Source: Candidatus Nanoanaerosalina archaeon (GTDB lineage: Archaea; Nanohalarchaeota; Nanosalinia; Nanosalinales; Nanoanaerosalinaceae). Taken from it: 36,658 nucleotides of DNA. The stretch is taken from NCBI GenBank assembly GCA_022729275.1, contig JALDAH010000002.1, positions 1-36,658 on the forward strand. Direction: 5' to 3'. Below are positions 1 to 6,983 of this stretch, piece by piece. The notes beneath the pieces were generated by a model. That model saw only the letters and a list, made by a program, of their open reading frames with translations, was not told the DNA's origin and did no database searches. The position numbers and the translations under genes were made by a program. Position 1 is the first letter of the stretch. Each line of letters begins with the position of its first letter.

Positions 1-317
1 TCCGTGTTCTTGTCTCAGAACACGACTGACGGCTCGCGCTCTCACGCCCGCTACTGATTATCGGCACACCGAGAAGTTACCTCAGCGTATACCTAATCAG
101 CCGCAGTCCCATCCTAAGGCGCCGGAACATTTCAAGAAGACGCCATTCCAGGCAATTCTTCCCTATCCAGTATTAGCCTCAGTTTCCCGAGGTTATTCTG
201 GTCCTTAGGGCAGGTTGACTACGTGTTACTCAGCTTTCCGCTCCGATCTAAATCGGTCAGCTAGCATGGCTAAATCGGACTCCAAGAGCAGTGGCCTCCG
301 GCAGGAGCAACCGGAAT
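1..317 (-). rRNA. rrs: 16S (SSU) rRNA, 5' portion only; the gene runs off the left edge
   Basis: The reverse complement of 297-317 reads ATTCCGGTTGCTCCTGCCGGA, the archaeal SSU 5' terminus with one mismatch. The reverse complement of about 221-234 reads GCTGAGTAACACGT. GC is clearly higher than in flanking DNA. Track ORFs 215-406 and 226-426 are spurious. Confidence 0.9.
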
Positions 318-614
318 TACAGTCAATGAAGACTGTCGCACGCTCACAAAAGAGTGCTAAACCAAATCTCCCTCCAAAAAGAGAGATAAAGAAACTAGAC
401 TGGTAAAATATCACCACTATCGCCAATTACTTGCATCACACCCATTAGGGTGCTCATCATTTACTTCCAAAACAAAAGGAAGTTATTTACGTCAGCCAGC
501 CGTTACTAGCCGACAAAACCTTATTCCATCATCAAGATTTAAATAAACAACGGTACACCCAAAAACATGTTCTATGTCCTACAGGTGCGTAACACAAAAA
601 AGGTACATTAACAT

Positions 615-1748
615 TTATATATCCTCCTTCTTTAAACAACAAACTCTTGAACAGTTTGCTTCGCCTCTCATACCAACAATAAATTCAACTCCAAAAGGTT
701 CAGCGTTTGAAACTATTTTTTCCGATATGCTGCCGTCAAAAACAACCGCATAGGTATTTGAACCAAATGAGTCAAACCCGTCAGACATTCTAGAAGCAGG
801 TACCTTTCCAAGTTCATTAAGATCGTTGTCAAGAAACACTGCAGCTCGGGTGCCCACCAACTCCTTCAAGAGACTGGTAAAAACCGTTCTTTCGATGTCC
901 GAAACCTGGCATTCAACTTCATTTTCATCTTCCAAACTTTCTTCCTTTGAATTCTCTTTCATTTCGGCCAGACATAACTCTATCTCGTCAGAACTAAGAT
1001 CTTCAACCTCTTTTCCTCTAGGAGCTCTAGCTATAAAATCATATTCCACTTTCATATCCATCTCTTTCTTTATTAAATCTCCTCCTCTATCCCCATCAAG
1101 AAAAACAACAACTTTTTTATGATCTTCAGCTATTTCAGAAATTTTTTCGGGTACGGAAGTCCCTCCAATCGCCACAGCGTTGTCATAACCGTTGTTAAGG
1201 AGGTTTAAAACATCGCTTCTCCCCTCGACAAAAATTATTTCGTCAGAATTAAAAACTCCTGGACCAGCATATAACCCATAATAAGATTTAACGGTTGGGT
1301 CCATCCTTTTTCTAACGCTTTTTGAAAGATCTTCAGGTCCTGGAGCCTCATCAACCATGTTTTCAAGTATTTCTTGAGCTCTGTCCACTATGTAGCTTCT
1401 CTTAGAAATTCGAACATCTTCGACGCTTTCTACCTTTACATCTGCAATGCATGGGCCGACCCTGTCAATGGTTTCTAGTGAGGCGGCAAGGATCGATGTT
1501 TCTGCAGAATCCAGGCCGCTTGGTATTTCTAATCTGGCTTCTGAGTCGCCTTTACCGCTTTCAACCTCAACCTCTATACGGCCAACTTTGCCCTTTACTT
1601 GAAGTTTTCTTAAGTCCATGTCAGGACCTAATAAACCCTCAGTCTGGCCAAAGATCGCCCCAATTACGTCTGGTTTTTCCACAACTCCTTTTGAGTTAAT
1701 AACAGCTTTTATAATGTATTTTACAGATGAATCGTATAAGTTAGACAT
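615..1748 (-). CDS. dnaG: archaeal DnaG-type primase-like protein (Toprim domain)
   Basis: A 377-aa ORF. It carries Toprim signatures (IIFVEGRSDVLNLL ... VVVFLDGDRGGD). The N-terminal region (VEKPDVIGAIFGQTEGLLG) is typical of archaeal DnaG. It overlaps the upstream gene by 8 nt. Confidence 0.85.
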   Translation of the reverse strand: MSNLYDSSVKYIIKAVINSKGVVEKPDVIGAIFGQTEGLLGPDMDLRKLQVKGKVGRIEVEVESGKGDSEARLEIPSGLDSAETSILAASLETIDRVGPCIADVKVESVEDVRISKRSYIVDRAQEILENMVDEAPGPEDLSKSVRKRMDPTVKSYYGLYAGPGVFNSDEIIFVEGRSDVLNLLNNGYDNAVAIGGTSVPEKISEIAEDHKKVVVFLDGDRGGDLIKKEMDMKVEYDFIARAPRGKEVEDLSSDEIELCLAEMKENSKEESLEDENEVECQVSDIERTVFTSLLKELVGTRAAVFLDNDLNELGKVPASRMSDGFDSFGSNTYAVVFDGSISEKIVSNAEPFGVEFIVGMRGEANCSRVCCLKKEDI

Positions 1749-1995
1749 GATAATCCCGTAAAATACTTAATACTTCATCTTTTTCAATATCGATAATCAG
1801 CTTTTTCCTCCTTCTATGGTGTCCTGACATAATACCCGTCTTTTTTCCAAATATCTCAGATAGGCGTGTTATCAGTTCTTTATTGGCCTCTCCATGTCTA
1901 GGATCTGATTTAAGAAAAATTTTTGGGATGTTTCCAGATAGATCTACCTTGAACTCTTCGCTGCCTGTTTCGATCTTCACATAAAACGTTGCCAT
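1741..1995 (-). CDS. DUF167 / YggU-like (UPF0235) small protein
   Basis: An 84-aa ORF. HGEANKELITRLSEIFGKK...SGHHRRRKKLI fits the G-x-AN-x-x-L ... SG-x-x-S/R-R-x-K pattern of the family. It is coupled to dnaG by an overlap. Confidence 0.55.
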   Translation of the reverse strand: MATFYVKIETGSEEFKVDLSGNIPKIFLKSDPRHGEANKELITRLSEIFGKKTGIMSGHHRRRKKLIIDIEKDEVLSILRDYHV

Positions 1996-2028
1996 TAGAA
2001 TAAAATTGAGATATAAAACATTAAAATT

Positions 2029-2577
2029 TCATAGACTGTGCTCAAGTGGTTTATACCTCTGCCTTCTGGGCTTTCTGATGACCGGTTCCAGTCCAAAGTA
2101 GGCGCGTGTCTCATTGAGATACCTTCTTGTTTCTTCTTGAGCAAGTTCAACCCAGTAAAGAAACTGTTTGCTGTATACTGTGTTGAACCATATCCTTCTG
2201 AGGAACGAATGAATCCAGTTATCTTTTTCGCCAGGCATTGAAACCACAAGCTTTGTATTGACATCAAGCTGGACTGCTCCGTAGAGCCCTTCTCCCCCTT
2301 CCTTGTCCTTGAGAGGGGACTGGTTAAAATATCTTATATAAAACCTAAGCTCTGTATCAGATATCTGGTCTCTGAACCCTCCTTCCAACTGTCTTGTTGC
2401 TATTATTTCCACCTTGAAATCGTTGTTGTCAACGTTCTCCTCGTAATATACTTCATAAACATCATCAAAATTAAGATCTTGCTCAAGAATGTCCAGAAGC
2501 TTTTCATAGTACTTCACAACACTGAAAGTTTCGAACCACTCTTCCATTTCTACAACTTCTCTTTCCACCTTAAACAT
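2029..2577 (-). CDS. hypothetical protein, paralog 3 of a three-member family (182 aa)
   Basis: The ATG directly abuts the stop of the upstream gene, with GGAGGG 8 nt upstream. The C-terminal block NWIHSFLRRIWFNTVYSKQFLYWVELAQEETRRYLNETR aligns without gaps to the 153-aa protein. No known family was recognised. Confidence 0.7.
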   Translation of the reverse strand: MFKVEREVVEMEEWFETFSVVKYYEKLLDILEQDLNFDDVYEVYYEENVDNNDFKVEIIATRQLEGGFRDQISDTELRFYIRYFNQSPLKDKEGGEGLYGAVQLDVNTKLVVSMPGEKDNWIHSFLRRIWFNTVYSKQFLYWVELAQEETRRYLNETRAYFGLEPVIRKPRRQRYKPLEHSL

Positions 2578-3162
2578 TCAAGATCCCTCCTTCCCAAAGT
2601 CGGGTATAAATCCCTCTCTTTTGCTCCTTCCAATAGCCTCTGTAGATCCCAAAACCTGTCTAAAACGAGAAGCTAATTCAATGGCTAGTTCCTCTGCTTC
2701 TTCTTTGTAAACCTCCCACTCTGATTCTGAAACCCTTCCTTGCACAAAGTTCATTATGCTGCTCTTTATCGATGAGACGATGGAGGTTTTACCAACAAAA
2801 GTCTCCTCTACAAAACTGTCCAAATATCCCCATTCAGGGTCTTTTTTTCTTTCCACAGTTCCTGTGATCACGAATCTTCCTTTGACAGTATCTTCACCAT
2901 ATTTCCTGTTAGGTCTTGGTTTTTTCACTCTTGTCTTTATCTTGATTCTTATCCGTGTGTACGGATCCTTGTAATTATAACCTATAATATCTGGTTTAAT
3001 AGGTAGAGACTTCCACATCTCGCTTCTGTCCTCCTCTATTTCATCAAATCCCAGTTCTTCCATTATTCTCAGTGCGTGTCTGTAGTATTCAAAAATCTCA
3101 TTTATATTTCTCCCATATATCTCTTCCCTTCTCTCTATAACCTCCTCTTTCTTGGGATCCAT
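2578..3162 (-). CDS. hypothetical protein, paralog 2 of a three-member family (194 aa)
   Basis: A GAGG lies 7 nt upstream of the ATG, 9 nt after the upstream stop. It shares the N-terminal Y-Y..L.I.E..L.FD pattern and the C-terminal W.Y..F/V ... EEAEELAIELASRFR block with its neighbours. Confidence 0.7.
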   Translation of the reverse strand: MDPKKEEVIERREEIYGRNINEIFEYYRHALRIMEELGFDEIEEDRSEMWKSLPIKPDIIGYNYKDPYTRIRIKIKTRVKKPRPNRKYGEDTVKGRFVITGTVERKKDPEWGYLDSFVEETFVGKTSIVSSIKSSIMNFVQGRVSESEWEVYKEEAEELAIELASRFRQVLGSTEAIGRSKREGFIPDFGKEGS

Positions 3163-3171
3163 ATGATCGCC

Positions 3172-3633
3172 TCACAAATTCTTTAAACTTCCTCTGAGTT
3201 CTGAGTGAACCTCTTTTAAAAGCTCTCTGGCGTCTTCTTTCCATTTTCCTCTAGCCCAGCCATAGACCAATTTATCATAGACGCTTCTAAATGCATAGTA
3301 CCATACCGATCTCGTTCCTGAACTATTAGAATACTTTGTAACGACTTCTCCTTTTGAATCGATCGTAACAGACGCTGATGATCCTTCAGGGTTGTCTGTT
3401 GTTATATTGAGAACCAGCGTTATTTCTAAAACAGTAAAATCATCCATCTCGTTGTAACAGTTTATCTTGGATATTATGAGGCCTCTCTCAACATGGTGTC
3501 GGAATTTCTCCTCTTCAACCCGATCAAACATGAATCTTTTTTCTAAAAGATCTTTAACCTCACTATATGCTAACTCCCAATCAGAAACATCGATCGTTGT
3601 GGTTTTCCTACCAGCCTCCTCTTCTATATACAT
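3172..3633 (-). CDS. hypothetical protein, paralog 1 of a three-member family (153 aa)
   Basis: First gene of the triplet. A TATA-like TTATTTTAA on the minus strand (3656-3664) is centred about 27 nt upstream of the ATG, which fits a leaderless mRNA. The C-terminal block is VWYYAFRSVYDKLVYGWARGKWKEDARELLKEVHSELR. Confidence 0.7.
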   Translation of the reverse strand: MYIEEEAGRKTTTIDVSDWELAYSEVKDLLEKRFMFDRVEEEKFRHHVERGLIISKINCYNEMDDFTVLEITLVLNITTDNPEGSSASVTIDSKGEVVTKYSNSSGTRSVWYYAFRSVYDKLVYGWARGKWKEDARELLKEVHSELRGSLKNL

Positions 3634-3665
3634 AACAAAAAATGAACTTCACAACTTAAAATAAG

Positions 3666-3940
3666 TTACCTAACAGTCCAGTACTTCGGAATGTTTGTGG
3701 TTAATTCTTTGGTTTCACGTTTTTTCTAGTTAATTGTTCAGAAAAATGTTGGAAATGGAGTAGGTTTAAGTAAACTAGAGAGGTTCTAGGGTTGAAAAAA
3801 CAGGTTTACAGGGCTTCTAGTCACAGTTACAAACAATAGTTACAACTAATAAAAACATAACCGTCGGAAAAAAACCTTGAAAAAGACATACAAAAAGAAG
3901 TATACGACTTCTTCGATAATTCTATACGCCTATAACCACA
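3666..3940. repeat. island repeat, copy 1 (tail of module X plus full module Y)
   Basis: CCTAACAGTCCAGTACTTCGGAATGTTTGTGGTTAATTC...GTTTTTTC...AAACTAGAG...GAAAAAACAGG...CTAGT...ACGACTTCTTCGAT. It aligns by eye with 5800-6025 and 6797-6960. Confidence 0.8.
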
Positions 3941-4020
3941 ATCTAACAAAAGCCAAAACATGAGTCCTCCACTGGAAAATATGGAAGATTTTATATAACT
4001 ATTACAATTTAATTCCTGTT

Positions 4021-4431
4021 ATGTCCAACATTAAAGTGGTATTAAGTTCGAGTATGTCTTTTTTTGACAAAATAAAAAAATGGAGAGATAAACTGGAACA
4101 AAATAATTTTAAAGTGATTTTTTATCCTGAAAAAATAGAAGGAGACATAGCCAAAGGATACAGAAAAGAGTTCAAAAAATGTTATTCATCGATCAAGGAA
4201 ACAAATAAACTTGTCGTACTCAACTTTGAAAAAAACGGTGTGCCAGGTTATATCGGGGCCGGAGTCTTCGCAGAGATGGCTTTCGCACTAGGTATTGACA
4301 GAAAAGTCGATGTAAAATATTTAAATCCTATTTCAATAGAGAAACTTCCCTATGCTGAGGAGCTTAAGTTATGGAAAAAACTAGAATGGATATCAAAATT
4401 TGAAAATATGTCTGATCTCTGCAAAAAGTAA
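4021..4431 (+). CDS. orphan protein, possibly nucleoside 2-deoxyribosyltransferase-like fold (136 aa)
   Basis: A clean ORF. A TATA-like TTTTATATA at 3989-3997 is centred about 28 nt upstream of the ATG. The pattern LVVLNFEKNGVPGYIGAGVFAEMAFALG resembles the D/N-x-hydrophobic...G-x-x-G-x-x-x-E-x-G/A-x-A motif of that superfamily. The family call is weak. Confidence 0.6.
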   Translation: MSNIKVVLSSSMSFFDKIKKWRDKLEQNNFKVIFYPEKIEGDIAKGYRKEFKKCYSSIKETNKLVVLNFEKNGVPGYIGAGVFAEMAFALGIDRKVDVKYLNPISIEKLPYAEELKLWKKLEWISKFENMSDLCKK

Positions 4432-4570
4432 ACACTCACAACATTCACTAAATCTAACGGTCACGCTTTTTGAAAGAGCTTTGTTTTTTATTATATGCTT
4501 CATATATAAAAACAGTTCATAATTTCTGATAAGTCTAAACCATGTTTTCTAACACATTCCAGATTCTCAT

Positions 4571-4850
4571 CAACACCACCAAAGAACTCCTTGGTAAAAT
4601 ACAAAATGAAAACAGTGTACCAACAAAACCACTGGTCGGCAAACCGGTGAAGAAAGCCTGCATGCAACTTTTGATGAATTCATTGATAAATTATACATAC
4701 CTAACTACTGAAAACACCTCCTCCCAGTACTTCAGAAACCAATGCTGTCAACTTGATTCCGTTTTTTCATTCCAAAAAGAGCAGAAAAATCAGTTTGAGA
4801 ATTTTTAAAGTTGTTGACAGTTTTAAAAACCTTCGAGCATCGGCAGATGA
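4571..4850. repeat. island repeat, copy A (full module X plus degenerate module Y)
   Basis: Module X is nearly identical to 6650-6796 in two blocks of about 30 nt. The Y part keeps only CCAGTACTTCAGAA, CGTTTTTTC and CAGAAAAAT. Confidence 0.65.
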
Positions 4851-4895
4851 AAAGACAAATCTAATCAATAAAGATGATGTGTTATAAGTCCTAGA

Positions 4896-5717
4896 TTATA
4901 TATATACATCTATCTCGGTTTTCTCGTTTATGGTCCAGTGGTAGTTGATCCCTATTTGTCTGGGTATGTTGTTTACCTTGTATTTGATCTCAGTTATCCT
5001 GTAATCCTTATCCGCAAACTGTTCGAAAAATTTTTCTTCCTCCAAATACTGTTTGAAGTCTTCAAGGTACAAAGTGTCGTATTCCCCGTGATCTTTTGCA
5101 AATTCTAAAGTATGCCTCCATAAAGCAAACTCCTCAAGATTTGTATAGTTGAAAATATCGATTTTTTTATCCATGACAACTTCTGCAACATCTTTCCAGC
5201 TGTCGTACTTCAAAAGAAATTCTTCAATAGGAATATCTGATTTCAAAGTGTTAATTCCTTTAAACAGGTCTTTGTTAATCCTTGACGTTATTGCTAGGTC
5301 TGGGTAGTCTTCTAACCGTATCCTTCTGCCTGTTGAAAACCTTTGTCTGACCTTGCTTCCTCTTCCGTAATGTCCTCCGGTATTCACAAGCAGGTTGTAT
5401 CTGAAAAGAAACTTTTCTTCCTCCATTGTCAAGTCCTTATCAGTGTTTTTAGATATTTTTTCAAGGTCTTCCCTGATGCTTTCATAGAAGGTATCAACCT
5501 TTTCAAGCTCCTCCTCAACCTTTGATTCAATGGATATAGCTGTCAGAAAAGGTGTGATAGTGTGTTTCTCAAAGTCAAAGACCCCAGTCGCTTTCTGCTG
5601 CTCTAAGTGTTTAACTATTTTTTCCCTGTCCAGTTTTTTGAGCTCTTCAAAGTTTTCCACTTCATATATGTAGTCCCTTCCGTTCTGAGAATAAGGTTGT
5701 TCTTTAATAGCTTCCAT
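4896..5717 (-). CDS. orphan hypothetical protein (273 aa from the internal ATG)
   Basis: A long clean ORF. AAGGAG lies 7 nt upstream of the ATG at 5717, so that start is preferred over the track start at 5753. No family was recognised. Confidence 0.65.
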   Translation of the reverse strand: MEAIKEQPYSQNGRDYIYEVENFEELKKLDREKIVKHLEQQKATGVFDFEKHTITPFLTAISIESKVEEELEKVDTFYESIREDLEKISKNTDKDLTMEEEKFLFRYNLLVNTGGHYGRGSKVRQRFSTGRRIRLEDYPDLAITSRINKDLFKGINTLKSDIPIEEFLLKYDSWKDVAEVVMDKKIDIFNYTNLEEFALWRHTLEFAKDHGEYDTLYLEDFKQYLEEEKFFEQFADKDYRITEIKYKVNNIPRQIGINYHWTINEKTEIDVYI

Positions 5718-5799
5718 CCTGCACTCCTTAAAAATTACTACTTTTACATACATAAAAGTTTTAGCGGTGGCACAGTGATTAGTAATATTTTTAGTTAAA

Positions 5800-6025
5800 C
5801 TCTTTAATTTCTCGTTTTTTCTAATTAATTCTTCAAAAAAGAGTTGGGTGTGAAGTAAGTTTTGTCAAACTAGAGGGTTTGTAAGGTTAGAAAAACAGGT
5901 TCCCAAGGCCTCTAGTAATAGTTAGGACTAAGAAAAACATTTTAATTTTGAGAAAAAACCGGTGAAGAATGCAGACAGAAAGGAGTTAACGACTTCTTTG
6001 ATTATCCTAACTACTTAACTACAAA
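5800..6025. repeat. island repeat, copy 2 (module Y only)
   Basis: Over GTTTTTTC..AAACTAGAG it matches copy 1 at 48/62 and copy 3 at 50/62 in an ungapped hand alignment. It contains the inverted repeat CTAGAGG...CCTCTAG. Confidence 0.8.
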
Positions 6026-6067
6026 TAGTAATTAATCCTGTGCATATGTAGGTTATCCTCCATTTAA

Positions 6068-6595
6068 TTAATATGATTCTGAACTCCAAATCCAGTTAAC
6101 TATCGATTCAAAAACATTTTTAATCCATCTGATTATTGGTCCTGGTTTATCTACAGGAGCACTATGATCTCCTTCAACATCATAATCCTCAAAATATCCC
6201 CTTTGTTCTCTTTTTACGGTACCATTAATTCTGTTGCCAGCTGTCAGTTCATATTCATCGATTTCTTCTTCATCAGGTATAGATATACTTGCTTTTTCTC
6301 CCTCAGGAAACTCATCTAGACAGTTCTCTGTTCTATTTGAATTACTCAGATTAAAAATTTCAGAACGATTCGCTGAAGTTATATCAACCTCTAGAACATA
6401 TCTTTCAGGAGCATATAGGGATATATCCGAGCTAGGAACTGCTTCCTCATAACCTACCTCAACTATTTCGCCTTCTACATAGCAAAAAATCGGCGGGGCT
6501 ATCGAAAGAGAAATTGCATTTGTTGAAAGAAAAATTAATATGATCAATACCAAGCACGAGATTAAAAGCAGCTTATTATTATTTAACTGACCCAT
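6068..6595 (-). CDS. orphan secreted or membrane-anchored acidic protein (about 175 aa)
   Basis: The N-terminal hydrophobic segment LLLISCLVLIILIFL is followed by an acidic domain. There are four N-x-S/T sequons (NRS, NLS, NRT, NGT). The ATG at 6595 is preferred over the TTG at 6601. Confidence 0.6.
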   Translation of the reverse strand: MGQLNNNKLLLISCLVLIILIFLSTNAISLSIAPPIFCYVEGEIVEVGYEEAVPSSDISLYAPERYVLEVDITSANRSEIFNLSNSNRTENCLDEFPEGEKASISIPDEEEIDEYELTAGNRINGTVKREQRGYFEDYDVEGDHSAPVDKPGPIIRWIKNVFESIVNWIWSSESY

Positions 6596-6649
6596 AAACA
6601 ACGTTTAAATAAAAACCACATAAAAACCTAACCCTTGAACACAGACCTC

Positions 6650-6960
6650 ACTAACACATCCAAAGAACTCCTTGGTATAATACAAAATGAAAAAGAGGTT
6701 ACTGGCAACCTCTTGGTACTAATAAATCATATGAAGAAACTTTGTAGGAAGGAAGCAAAAGATTCCTTGATAAAATTTTACATGCCTAACTACTGACAGT
6801 CCAGTACGGAATGTTATTGGTTAATTCTCTGAATTCACTTTTTTTTCTATCTAATGATTCAGAAAAAGGTCGGATGTGGAGCAAGTTTTGTCAAACTAGA
6901 GGGTTTGTAGAGTGGGAAAAACAGGGTTACAAGACCCCTAGTAAGAGTTATATCTAGCAG
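6650..6960. repeat. island repeat, copy 3 (full module X plus full module Y)
   Basis: X spans 6650-6796 and Y spans 6797-6960. This is the most complete copy. Confidence 0.8.
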
Positions 6961-6975
6961 GAAAATACCGATATC

Positions 6976-6983
6976 AAAAAAAA
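6976..6983 (-). terminator. oligo-T tract directly after the CBS gene stop
   Basis: An A8 run on the plus strand gives T8 on the coding (minus) strand, beginning 12 nt after the TAG stop. Archaeal RNA polymerase terminates at oligo-T tracts. Confidence 0.35.

Noticed and set aside
215-426. Track ORFs 215-406 (+) and 226-426 (-)
   Set aside because: They lie across the 16S rRNA 5' region and its leader. The rRNA identity is unambiguous, so the ORFs are spurious.
2011-2018. TATA-like TTTTATAT (minus strand) as a separate promoter for DUF167-dnaG
   Set aside because: It is centred only about 20 nt from the ATG, too close for the usual spacing of about 27 nt. Whether the paralog triplet is co-transcribed with DUF167-dnaG stays open.
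1995-2267. 90-aa minus-strand ORF overlapping the 182-aa gene in another frame
   Set aside because: It is entirely nested in the better-supported 2029-2577 gene, which has a coupled start and paralogy. It has no start context of its own.
3964-3985. ORB-like TCCTCCACTGGAAAATATGG upstream of the 136-aa gene
   Set aside because: It is a single isolated dyad-like match without a G-string and with no partner boxes. It is probably chance in AT-rich DNA.
4670-4712. Possible C/D box sRNA (TGATGA at about 4672 and CTGA at about 4707) inside module X of copy A
   Set aside because: The boxes are only about 30 nt apart and there are no internal D' or C' boxes. The TGATGA is not conserved in copy 3, which has CCTTGATAAA instead.
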